A stretch of 64,000 bases of DNA from an uncultured Acidobacteriota bacterium (GTDB taxonomy: Bacteria > Acidobacteriota > Thermoanaerobaculia > Gp7-AA8). Within the stretch, counting starts at the first letter, position 1; every line of letters starts with the position of its first letter. Positions 48,547 to 57,396 of the stretch are shown one piece after another. The stretch lies in contig CAVUKB010000007.1 of assembly GCA_963741955.1 (NCBI GenBank), forward strand, positions 96,001 through 160,000. Direction: 5' to 3'. Both the position numbers and the translations under genes were made by a program. A model generated the notes under the pieces. It was given only the letters and a program-made list of their open reading frames with translations, had not been told where the DNA came from and did no database searches.

Positions 48547-50697
48547 TTACGGATGGCTGATGCAGAGCGAGTACGACCCGCTTCCGCTGTACGAGTAGAC
48601 CTTCCACATGTAATAGCCGGAGGTGCCACTGTAGGTGATGCTCTCGTTGGCGGTCGAGCTCTCCGAGCGGGCCACGGTCGACCAGCTCGATCCGTTCCAC
48701 TTGAGAAGATAGAGATCGAAGTCCGCGCCCGAGGAGGGCCCGGTCAGCGTCCCCTTGTGGGTTCCGGAGGTTGAACTGTGGTAGTACGTGCCGTTCGGCT
48801 GGTACTGAGTCGAACCGGTCCCGGAGAGGGATCCGTTGTAATTGGTGCACGTGCCGCCGCCACCACCGCCACCGGACGACGCATAGGTCGCCTGGAGGGA
48901 GACGCCGGAGTATGACGCGTAGGCGTTGAGTCCGATGTACCAGTCACCCGCGGAGGGGTTGCTGACGTTCACCGTCTCGTTGTTCCCGTTCAGGTAGGGG
49001 CGATAATCGTAGCTGCTGCTCGAAGGCTGCGAGCCGAATTTGACGTACAGATCGCAGTCGCCGCTTCCGCCCGAGATCTTGACCACCAGGCTGCTCTGTC
49101 CCGAGGGGACGGTGATCTTGTAGTAGGCCCACGATCCGGTCGAGCCGGAAAGGTTCGATACGGTCTGCCCGTTCGAGAGCGTGGTCACGCCACCGCCACC
49201 GCCGCCGCCGGTGCCGCCGGGAACGCCGACTGCGTCCCAGGCCTTCTGGACGGCCGCTGCTTCGGTTGCTCCGTAGAGATCGGTCGCGGCCTGCGCCGTC
49301 GCGTTACGCGCGCCCTGGAAGTTCGTGGACGACGTCATGTACGTGGTCAGTGCGCGGTAGAAGATCTGTTCGGCCTTGGCGATGCCGATCGCGGGAACGA
49401 CCACGCTGGTCTTGTTGCGCGGGTGCGTTCCACCCTGGGAAAGGAGGTAGTACGCGAGATTCGCGATACCGGAGTTCGAGTGAACGCCACCGTTGTCGCT
49501 GCTTCCCGTGTAGCGCTCGGGATAGTAGTCGTACGAGCTGCCGTCCTGGGTCGGGTTGTTCATGTAGCGGAGTGCGTCGCCCGATGTTCCGGGGGTGTAG
49601 ACCGCTTCGCCGATCTTCCAGGTATTGGAGCTCACTCCGCCGGCGTTCCACGCTTCGGTCGAAGCGCCCATGATGTCGGACCACGCTTCGTTGAGTGCGC
49701 CCGATTCATTCGAGTAGGTGAGGTTGGCTTCGTTCTCGGTGACCGCGTGCGTCAGCTCGTGAGCGACGACGTCGAGTCCTTCCGACAGCGGGATGAACGT
49801 CGTTCCGTCCCCGTCGCCGTACACCATCTGCGAACCGTTCCAGTAGGCGTTGTTGTACCGGCTGCTGTAGTGCGCGCTGGAAGTCATCGTCGCGCCCGAG
49901 CCGTTGTATGAATCGCGATTGAAGTTGCTCTTGTAGAAGTTGTAGGTCACTCCCGCATTGGTGTGCGCGCTGTCGATTGCCGCATCGCCGGTCAGCGAGC
50001 CACCCTCGGTGATGCGCAGGGTGCCGGGGAGGGACGTCCCGTTGTTGCACGAGTACGTCCGGCGGTTCAGGGCGCGGTAGATCTTCGGCTGACGGTAGAC
50101 GAGGTCACCCGTCGTCGCATCTGCGAAGACGCGATCGATCTGTTCGCCGTCGTCGTCGGTGTAGCTGACGGTGGCGGACCACGCGAGGAACAGCGTCCCC
50201 TTTTCGTTGACCACATAGGTCAGCTGGGGAGAGTCGAGAATCACCCAGAACGGGACATTCATGTCGTGCGCGACGCGCGCAAGAGCGTCATCGGCCCTGA
50301 CCGACGCGTGGCGCGGAACGTCGCGGTCGGCAACGAAACGTCCGTTGACCGCGTGAACTTTTCCACTGGTCGCGTCGGCGTGTACGATCATCTCGGCGCC
50401 GACCACCGGAAGCCCGCGGAGCTTTTCCTGGAGCTTGATGTGGATCTGACCGAGTGCGTCGGTCTTGACCGACTTCACACTGTGGTCTTCGGATCCGGCC
50501 GCGTTGAAGTAGCTGCCGTGACCCTTGAGGAACCTGGCCGCAGCCATTCCGGGATCGCCGCCGCCGAGGTCACCGAGGTTTCCGGTGAGAAAGAAGCGTC
50601 CGCTGTGAGAGTCGGACTTTTCGTTGGGCCCCGTGCCGGCGATTGCCAGAGAGGCGGCAAGAAGAAAGACGAGGACTAACAGGTACACACGTTTCAT
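48547..50697 (-). CDS. Secreted M4 (thermolysin-family) metalloprotease with propeptide and C-terminal PPC-type domains
   Basis: Signal peptide, FTP/PepSY-like region, NNAYW, HELTH, GALNEA, DNGGVHSNSG; Gly linkers; DCDLYV and DFDLYL domains. Confidence 0.95.
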   Translation of the reverse strand: MKRVYLLVLVFLLAASLAIAGTGPNEKSDSHSGRFFLTGNLGDLGGGDPGMAAARFLKGHGSYFNAAGSEDHSVKSVKTDALGQIHIKLQEKLRGLPVVGAEMIVHADATSGKVHAVNGRFVADRDVPRHASVRADDALARVAHDMNVPFWVILDSPQLTYVVNEKGTLFLAWSATVSYTDDDGEQIDRVFADATTGDLVYRQPKIYRALNRRTYSCNNGTSLPGTLRITEGGSLTGDAAIDSAHTNAGVTYNFYKSNFNRDSYNGSGATMTSSAHYSSRYNNAYWNGSQMVYGDGDGTTFIPLSEGLDVVAHELTHAVTENEANLTYSNESGALNEAWSDIMGASTEAWNAGGVSSNTWKIGEAVYTPGTSGDALRYMNNPTQDGSSYDYYPERYTGSSDNGGVHSNSGIANLAYYLLSQGGTHPRNKTSVVVPAIGIAKAEQIFYRALTTYMTSSTNFQGARNATAQAATDLYGATEAAAVQKAWDAVGVPGGTGGGGGGGVTTLSNGQTVSNLSGSTGSWAYYKITVPSGQSSLVVKISGGSGDCDLYVKFGSQPSSSSYDYRPYLNGNNETVNVSNPSAGDWYIGLNAYASYSGVSLQATYASSGGGGGGGTCTNYNGSLSGTGSTQYQPNGTYYHSSTSGTHKGTLTGPSSGADFDLYLLKWNGSSWSTVARSESSTANESITYSGTSGYYMWKVYSYSGSGSYSLCISHP

Positions 50698-50747
50698 CAG
50701 GACTCCTTTTCGTTACAAAAAAGTTCTCAAGGCCGGGCCGCCTAGAG

Positions 50748-50762
50748 GCAAGGTGCTTGCCA
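50748..50762 (-). promoter_or_regulatory. Putative sigma54 promoter for the M4 protease
   Basis: Minus strand TGGCAAGCACCTTGC (GG-N10-GC) ~50 bp upstream of the ATG; AT-rich upstream region. Confidence 0.55.
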
Positions 50763-50994
50763 TTTTGTAATAATTCACGTAAGTTATTGAAAACATGGAG
50801 CATTCGTCTATATCGAAAGTTGATGTGGGTCAAAAAGAACCCGAAAACTCCGAAAATGGACTCCGGAATGGGTCAGCACGTGAACCGGTGGTGCAGGGTG
50901 CGACCCGAACGGCTCGAGCGAAGCGAGCGCGGCGGGTACCCGTTTCGCAAAGCGATCGAAGTTTTCTCCGGGATTCCCGAATTTGGAGCCGCCG

Positions 50995-51414
50995 ATGATC
51001 GAGATCAATGAGGAGCTGACGATTCCGGAGAGCGAGATCCGGCTGACGGCGACCCGCAGCAGCGGACCCGGCGGGCAGAACGTCAACAAGGTCAGCTCGC
51101 GCATCACGCTCGAGTTCGACGTCGCGCACTCTCCCTCGCTCTCGGATGAGCAGCGTGAGAAGATTCTCGCGCGTCTGAAGAACCGGATCAGCAATGATGG
51201 CGTGCTCCAGATCTCCGCTCAGGCGTTCCGGACCCAGCTCGCGAACCGGGAGGCGGCAATGCTTCGCTTCGGCGAGCTCCTGCGCGACGCGTTGAAAGAA
51301 CGGAAGCGGCGAAAGAAGACCCGCAAGCCGAAGGCGGCGGTCGAGCAGCGGCTCGAAGCGAAGAAGCGCCGCGGCGGGATCAAGAAGGAACGGAGCAGCG
51401 GCTGGAAGGCCTGA
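50995..51414 (+). CDS. arfB: Alternative ribosome rescue peptidyl-tRNA hydrolase
   Basis: RSSGPGGQNVNKV, R.Q..NR..A, basic C-terminal tail. Confidence 0.95.
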   Translation: MIEINEELTIPESEIRLTATRSSGPGGQNVNKVSSRITLEFDVAHSPSLSDEQREKILARLKNRISNDGVLQISAQAFRTQLANREAAMLRFGELLRDALKERKRRKKTRKPKAAVEQRLEAKKRRGGIKKERSSGWKA

Positions 51415-51415
51415 C

Positions 51416-52183
51416 ATGGGAAGTCTCGACGAGTTCTCCTGGAAGATGTCGTTGTTTCTCCGCACCTACCGCTGGAGAGTGGTCGATCCGGTTCCCTGGA
51501 TCGCGTTGCGTCTCCCTCTCTCTCGGGCCCGTGTCGCGATCGTGTCGAGCGCCGGCTTCGTCCTCCCGGGGCAGAAGCCTTTCGACGATTCGGTGAAAGG
51601 AGGTGACTGGAGCTTCCGCGAGATTCCGGCCGCAACGGATCCTCACCTCCTGATGGAGACGCACCGGAGCCGTTCGTTCGACCACAGCGGAATTCGGGAA
51701 GAGCCCGATCTCGCGTTTCCGCTCGAGACGCTGCACGAGCTCGCGCAGGAAGGGTCGATCGGAGCAGTCGCTCCGCGGCACGTCAGCATGATGGGATCGA
51801 TCACCGCTCCGGGACGGATGCTTCGGGAGACCGCCCCCCGGGTGACGGAGCTTCTTCACACCGACTCGGTGGATGCCGTCCTCCTGGTTCCGGTCTGACC
51901 GATGTGCACCCAGACGGTCGGTCTGATCGCCGCGGAGATCGAGCGCTCCGGAATTCCCACCGTCGCCATCCAGCTGCTGATGGAGATCGCAGAGAAGGTA
52001 CGGCCGCCTCGTGGTCTCTGGGTTCCGTTCCGCCACGGATACCCGCTCGGCGATCCACCTTCCCGGCAGCTGCGCCGCAGCGTCGTCGAGCGTGCCCTCT
52101 CCATGCTCGACGACGAAGGTCCGGGACCGCTGCTGGAGCGATTCGAGCTTGTCGAGACGCCGGAGCAGCCGGCAGGATTGTGA
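51416..52183 (+). CDS. PrdB/GrdB-like reductase selenoprotein B (Sec at TGA 51896-51898)
   Basis: ORFs 51416-51898 and 51902-52183 are in one frame; the junction reads DAVLLVPV-U-PMC; family-like sequence on both sides; SECIS-like hairpin follows. Confidence 0.85.
51900..51929 (+). promoter_or_regulatory. Putative bacterial SECIS element
   Basis: CGAT/ATCG lower stem, CAGAC/GTCTG upper stem, G-led loop GGTCG 17 nt after the UGA. Confidence 0.7.
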
Positions 52184-52408
52184 GAACACCCGAGGCCCGA
52201 CTCCGCATGGTGTGAAACTCCGGGGGGCAGGTCATCAGTTTAACGCGCCGTTCTCTCTCGGCAGGCCCTCGATCCCGGAAACACGCTCCGACGGGTGTTC
52301 GGGATCGGTGACCTCACCGCCACCGACACGGACACGGACACGCGAATGCCGCCCGCTTTCGGTCGTGATTTGGAACCGGACCCCGTTTCTCCGATAGAAT
52401 GTCCCGCG

Positions 52409-53545
52409 ATGGTGAAACTCTTCGTACCGAAAGAGAACCCGCCCGAAACCCGTGTCGCCGTCGTTCCCGAAACCGTGAAGCGCCTGGTGAAGGAAGGGCT
52501 GGAGGTCACGGTCGAGAGCCACGCCGGGATGGCGTCCCACTTCTCCGATGCTCAATACGAGAAGGCCGGCGCGTCCATCGTCTCCGTTGCGGGCGACGGC
52601 TGGAAGAGCGCGGACGCGGTCGCCGCAGTTGCCGCACCCTCCCCCGATCTCGCCGGCTCCATGAAGGAGGGCGCCGTTCTGATCGCCTTCCTCGCGCCGC
52701 ATCGCGAGCACGATCTGGTCCGGCGGCTCGCCGCATCGAAGATCACCAGCTTCTCGATGGAACTGGTCCCGCGCATCACCCGAGCCCAGACCATGGATGC
52801 GCTCTCGTCTCAGGCCAGCATCGCCGGATACAAGGCCGTGCTCATCGCTGCCGGACGGCTCGGCAAGTACTTCCCGCTGCTCATGACCGCGGCCGGAACC
52901 ATTCCTCCCGCGAAAGTGGTGATCATGGGAGCGGGGGTGGCGGGTCTGCAGGCACTGGCGACCGCGAAACGTCTCGGCGCGGTGGTCGAAGTCTCCGACA
53001 TTCGTCCCGCAGTCAAAGAGCAGGTCGAATCGCTCGGAGGCCGCTTCATCGAGCTGCCGATGCAGGAAAGTGGTGAAGGGAGCGGCGGATACGCGCGCGA
53101 GATGGGCGAGGAGTTCCTCCGCCAGCAGCGTGAGATCGTCAAGCGCCACGTCGCAATCGCGGACGTCGTGATCACCACCGCGCAGATTCCTGGAAAGAAG
53201 GCTCCGGTCCTGGTGACTGCGGACATGGTCGACGGAATGCGTCCGGGGTCGATCGTCGTCGATCTCGCCGTCGAGTCGGGCGGAAACTGCGAGCTCTCGC
53301 AGCCGGATCGCGAAGTCGATCACAACGGAGTGACGATCCTCGGATTTTCGAACCTCGCTGCGACGATGGCAGAAGATGCGAGCATTCTCTACGCCCGGAA
53401 CGTACAGGCGCTCCTGCTGAACCTCCTCAAAGAGGGACGGCTCGAGATCGATCTCGAAGACGACGTCACCAAAGGGACGCTCCTCACCCACGGCGGTGAA
53501 GTGAAGCACGGGCCCACCGCGGAGATGCTCGGAGGAGGACACTGA
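52409..53545 (+). CDS. pntA: NAD(P) transhydrogenase subunit alpha, part 1
   Basis: PKE....ETRVA, RITRAQ.MDALSSQ, GAGVAGLQA, GGYA, DLA...GGNC. Confidence 0.93.
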   Translation: MVKLFVPKENPPETRVAVVPETVKRLVKEGLEVTVESHAGMASHFSDAQYEKAGASIVSVAGDGWKSADAVAAVAAPSPDLAGSMKEGAVLIAFLAPHREHDLVRRLAASKITSFSMELVPRITRAQTMDALSSQASIAGYKAVLIAAGRLGKYFPLLMTAAGTIPPAKVVIMGAGVAGLQALATAKRLGAVVEVSDIRPAVKEQVESLGGRFIELPMQESGEGSGGYAREMGEEFLRQQREIVKRHVAIADVVITTAQIPGKKAPVLVTADMVDGMRPGSIVVDLAVESGGNCELSQPDREVDHNGVTILGFSNLAATMAEDASILYARNVQALLLNLLKEGRLEIDLEDDVTKGTLLTHGGEVKHGPTAEMLGGGH

Positions 53546-53826
53546 TGGGACCGTTACTGATCGGAATCTACCTCTTCGTGCTGGCGATGTTCGTCGGCTT
53601 CGAAGTCATCACCAAAGTGCCCCCGACCCTCCACACCCCGCTCATGTCGGGCGCGAATGCAATCTCGGGAATCACCATCGTCGGATCCCTCGTCGCCGCA
53701 CACGGCGGGGCGGTGACCGTGAGCAATATTCTCGGATGCATCGCGATCGCGTTCGCGACCATCAATGTGGTCGGTGGCTATCTCGTGACTGACCGAATGC
53801 TGAAGATGTTCCGGCGGAAGGACTAA
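53545..53826 (+). CDS. pntA: NAD(P) transhydrogenase subunit alpha, part 2 (membrane)
   Basis: VPPTLHTPLMSGANAISGI, NVVGGYLVTDRML.MF. Confidence 0.93.
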   Translation: MGPLLIGIYLFVLAMFVGFEVITKVPPTLHTPLMSGANAISGITIVGSLVAAHGGAVTVSNILGCIAIAFATINVVGGYLVTDRMLKMFRRKD

Positions 53827-55265
53827 TGCACCCGATCGTAAGCAGAAACATCATCGAGCTCCTCTATCTGATCTCCGCGGCTCTCTTCATCTTCGGACTG
53901 AAGGGTCTGACCAAGGTTCGCGATGCACGTCGCGGGAACGGGATCTCCGCCCTGGCGATGCTGATCGCGCTCGTCGCCACGCTGCTCGAGATCGGACTGG
54001 TCGACTACCGCTGGATCCTGATCGGGCTGGTGGTCGGAACCGCCATCGGAACCTGGGGCGCCCTGAAAGTCCAGATGACCGAGATGCCGGAGATGGTCGC
54101 GCTCTTCAACGGCTTCGGCGGAGGCGCGTCGGCGCTCGTCGCCATCTCCACGGTCTATCTCGACGTCCTCGAGCGCCACGTCCTCTCCACCGTCAATGCC
54201 GAGATCGGCGGGGCGTCCGCCTTCACCGTCGTTCTTTCGATCCTGGTCGGAGGAGTGACGCTCAGCGGAAGCGTGGTGGCGTACCTCAAGCTCCAGGGAC
54301 GCGTGCGCGGCGAACCGATTCTCCTTCCCGGCCGCCACGTGATGAACGCGATCCTCTTCCTCGCCGCGCTCGGCCTCGGGACCTACTTCGCGTTCACCAT
54401 CGTCGATCCGGGTCAGATCGCGCTCTATGCGTGGATCGTCCTCGGCGTCTCGCTGCTGCTCGGAGTGATGCTGGTCATCCCCATCGGCGGCGCAGACATG
54501 CCGGTGGTCATCTCCCTCCTCAACTCCTATTCGGGCATCGCTGCGGCGATGACCGGTTTCGTGATCAACAACGCGATGCTGATCGTCGCCGGTGCTCTGG
54601 TCGGTGCGTCGGGATTGATCCTGACCAAGATCATGTGCGTGGCGATGAACCGCTCACTGGTGAACGTGGTCTTCGGCGGATTCGGAGCGGTGACCGAGTC
54701 GACCGGTGGACCGGGCTCGGAGTACGGTCCGGTTCGTTCGGTCGGTCCCGAAGAGGCAGCGATGCTCCTCGACGGAGCGGAGAGCGTTCTGTTCGTGCCC
54801 GGCTACGGTCTCGCCGTTGCGCAGGCACAGCACGCGGTCAAGGAGATCGAAGACGTTCTGGAGCGTCACGGAGCGAAGGTCGCGTATGCGATCCACCCGG
54901 TCGCCGGACGCATGCCGGGACACATGAACGTCCTTCTGGCCGAGGCGAAAGTACCGTACGAACGTCTGCTGGAGATGGATGAGGCGAACGCGGAGTTCAA
55001 GAACGCGGACGTGGCGGTGGTGATCGGAGCGAACGACGTCGTGAATCCCGCGGCGGAGAAAGATCCGAAGAGCCCCATCGCCGGAATGCCGATTCTCCAG
55101 GTCTACAACGCGCGCTCGGTGATCGTGATCAAGCGCTCTCTCGGCGCCGGATTCGCGAACGTCAAGAACGAGCTCTTCGAGTATCCGAACACCATGATGC
55201 TCTTCATGGACGCGAAGAAGGCACTCCAGTCGATCCTCGCGGAGCTGAAGTCACTGGCCGCCTGA
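53826..55265 (+). CDS. pntB: NAD(P) transhydrogenase subunit beta
   Basis: MPEMVALFNG, IGGADMPVVISLLNSYSG, PGYG, HPVAGRMPGHMNVLLAEA, GANDVVNP. Confidence 0.96.
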   Translation: MHPIVSRNIIELLYLISAALFIFGLKGLTKVRDARRGNGISALAMLIALVATLLEIGLVDYRWILIGLVVGTAIGTWGALKVQMTEMPEMVALFNGFGGGASALVAISTVYLDVLERHVLSTVNAEIGGASAFTVVLSILVGGVTLSGSVVAYLKLQGRVRGEPILLPGRHVMNAILFLAALGLGTYFAFTIVDPGQIALYAWIVLGVSLLLGVMLVIPIGGADMPVVISLLNSYSGIAAAMTGFVINNAMLIVAGALVGASGLILTKIMCVAMNRSLVNVVFGGFGAVTESTGGPGSEYGPVRSVGPEEAAMLLDGAESVLFVPGYGLAVAQAQHAVKEIEDVLERHGAKVAYAIHPVAGRMPGHMNVLLAEAKVPYERLLEMDEANAEFKNADVAVVIGANDVVNPAAEKDPKSPIAGMPILQVYNARSVIVIKRSLGAGFANVKNELFEYPNTMMLFMDAKKALQSILAELKSLAA

Positions 55266-55306
55266 GCCAGCGCGGGGGCAGGTCTCGACAAGCCGCGAGC
55301 GGCCTT

Positions 55307-55675
55307 TCAGAACGGCATCTCGTCGTCTTCCAGCCCGAAGAAGTGTCCGATCTCGTGGATGACCGTATCGCGGATCTCGGCCACCGCTTCCTCTCGTGAG
55401 CTGCAGCAGCGGAGGATCGGACGGCGGAAGATCGCGATCTGATCGGGGAGCATCGGAAGCTCTTCGAACGAGCGTTCGGTGCGGGGAACGCCGCGGTAGA
55501 TGCCGAGGAGCTCTTCGTCGCCCATTCCGTCGCGGTCATCGCGTGATGGCTCCTCTTCGATGACCACCACGATGTTTTCGAGGAGGTCGCCGATCTCTTC
55601 GGGGAGCTCGTCCAGCGCCTCTTCCACGATCTTCTCGAACTCCGCGGGTGACGGTCGCCAGTCTCGCTTCTTCAT
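55307..55675 (-). CDS. Minimal zincin-like metallopeptidase (Zincin_1/DUF1025)
   Basis: LLGIY.GVP, LPD.I.IFR, HEIGHFFG. Confidence 0.9.
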   Translation of the reverse strand: MKKRDWRPSPAEFEKIVEEALDELPEEIGDLLENIVVVIEEEPSRDDRDGMGDEELLGIYRGVPRTERSFEELPMLPDQIAIFRRPILRCCSSREEAVAEIRDTVIHEIGHFFGLEDDEMPF

Positions 55676-55749
55676 CTCCACAATGTAACGCCTGAGCGAG
55701 CGGGAGTGTGGACGATTGCGATCTCTGCCGGACGCGTGCCCTGACCCCG

Positions 55750-55765
55750 TGGCAGCGGCCTTGCT
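55750..55765 (+). promoter_or_regulatory. Putative sigma54 promoter
   Basis: TGGCAGCGGCCTTGCT (GG-N10-GC) ~85 bp upstream of 55850. Confidence 0.5.
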
Positions 55766-55849
55766 TTGTCACATCCCGCAGGAGCCGATCCATTTCGGAT
55801 CGGCGTAGCGTGAACCGCCGAAGGGCGGTCGTATGACAGGAGGTACACA

Positions 55850-56221
55850 GTGCAGAGAAGTCCGTTTCAACGTCTGATCCCGATGATTTTCGCCGTACTG
55901 GCAATGGTCGTGTCGGTGCCGCTCTTCGCCGGACCGGTTCCGTCGAAGACCGCTCCCGACCAGAGTATCGCGCAGCGATCCGCCGATCTGAACGTCGTCC
56001 ATGGCGTGCTCCAGATCGATGGTGTCACCCAGGCGCTCCAGAATCAGGGATTCACGAAGGATCAGGTCAACCAGAGGCTGGCGCAGCTCTCGGATCAGGA
56101 TCTCCACGAGCTGTCGGGCAACATCCAGCAGATTCAGGCCGCCGGTCTGACTCAGTCTGAATGGATGTGGATCGGAATCGGAGCCCTGGCCGCCCTTCTG
56201 CTGGTCGTTCTCCTGAACTAG
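55850..56221 (+). CDS. PA2779-like small protein
   Basis: Signal peptide; L...G.....V..RLA.LSD.DL..L......AAG followed by a very hydrophobic C-terminal tail; AGGAGG RBS. Confidence 0.8.
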   Translation: MQRSPFQRLIPMIFAVLAMVVSVPLFAGPVPSKTAPDQSIAQRSADLNVVHGVLQIDGVTQALQNQGFTKDQVNQRLAQLSDQDLHELSGNIQQIQAAGLTQSEWMWIGIGALAALLLVVLLN

Positions 56222-56287
56222 GAACCTTTCCTTTCGCCGAAACGGGCGCCGCAGCTGGGCGCCCGCATTCATAATGGGGGTCAGGTC

Positions 56288-57361
56288 TTGAAGTCAACCC
56301 ACAGGATCGCCACACTCGCGGTACTCGCAGCTTCGATCGTCGTCTCCGGCTGCGTCACTCTTCGCCCGGCCGGGCAACGCCCGTCGGCCGACGCTCGGGT
56401 GATCCAGTCGGTACCCGTTCGTACCTGGGGCGACAACACCTGCGGCGCCGCCGCTCTCGCCACCGTCCTCGATTTTTACGGCAGCAAGGCGACGGAGGAA
56501 GAGCTGATCCGGAGCCTCGACCGCGGACGTCATGGAGGGGTGGTCTCGGTCGATCTCCTTCTGGCCGCTCGCAAGAGGGGATTCGGCGCGGAGCTCGTCC
56601 GCGGAGATCGCACGCTGGTGACCGACGCGGTCGCGAAGCAGCAGCCGGTGATTCTGATGCTCCGGATTCTCGACGTTCCCGGAGCGGCGACCGATCTGTA
56701 CCACTACATCGTGGTCGACGGCGTCGATCCGTCACGAGGGCTGATCCGCACGCAGTTCGGCGACGGCCGCCTCCGGTGGATCGATTTCGACCGGATCGAG
56801 CGGGCGTGGAAAGGAGCGGGATACGCGACCATTCTGCTGGACCGCACGCCGCATGCTCCCCGCTCTTACCATGCGGAACTGAGAAAGGCCGTCGCACTCG
56901 AGGAGGCGGGAAATCCCGACGCGGCGATTCTCGTCTACCAGAGTCTTCTGGCCGAGCGTCCGCGCGACGCGCTTCTCTGGACGAATCTCGCGAATGCCCA
57001 GCGCGAAGCGCACGCTTCGACCGAGGCGGAGGAGGCGTACAGGCGCGCCCTGGCGATCGACCCCGCCGATCGCGACGCGCTGAACAATCTCGCGTGGCTC
57101 CTCTACGAGCAGAAGCGCTACGACGAGGCGGAGCCTCTGGCGAGGCTCGCGGCGACTCTTCCCGGTCCCGATCCGGACGTGATGTTCGACACCCTTGGGC
57201 ACATCCAGCTCGCGCGGGGCGACTGCCTCGGGGCGATCGGATCCTTCAGGGAGGCCGAAAAGACGAGCGGGAACACGGACGCCGCCGGCAGGTCGATCAA
57301 AGAGGCCGAACAGCTCTGCCGGGGTGGGCTCCGGACGGACGCGGCGCCGTCGCCGCAGTGA
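56288..57361 (+). CDS. PA2778-like C39 cysteine peptidase with TPR repeats, lipoprotein
   Basis: Lipobox VSGC; CGAAALATVL, HYIVV.G; TPRs (LWTNLA, ALNNLAWLL, DTLG). Confidence 0.82.
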   Translation: MKSTHRIATLAVLAASIVVSGCVTLRPAGQRPSADARVIQSVPVRTWGDNTCGAAALATVLDFYGSKATEEELIRSLDRGRHGGVVSVDLLLAARKRGFGAELVRGDRTLVTDAVAKQQPVILMLRILDVPGAATDLYHYIVVDGVDPSRGLIRTQFGDGRLRWIDFDRIERAWKGAGYATILLDRTPHAPRSYHAELRKAVALEEAGNPDAAILVYQSLLAERPRDALLWTNLANAQREAHASTEAEEAYRRALAIDPADRDALNNLAWLLYEQKRYDEAEPLARLAATLPGPDPDVMFDTLGHIQLARGDCLGAIGSFREAEKTSGNTDAAGRSIKEAEQLCRGGLRTDAAPSPQ

Positions 57362-57396
57362 TCATTCCGTCTGTACCCGCGTCCGCGTAGTCTGGA

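Noticed and set aside
51416-52183. Pseudogene or two separate genes
   Set aside because: The single TGA falls exactly at the family's UxxC site with a SECIS-like hairpin, and the second ORF has no RBS
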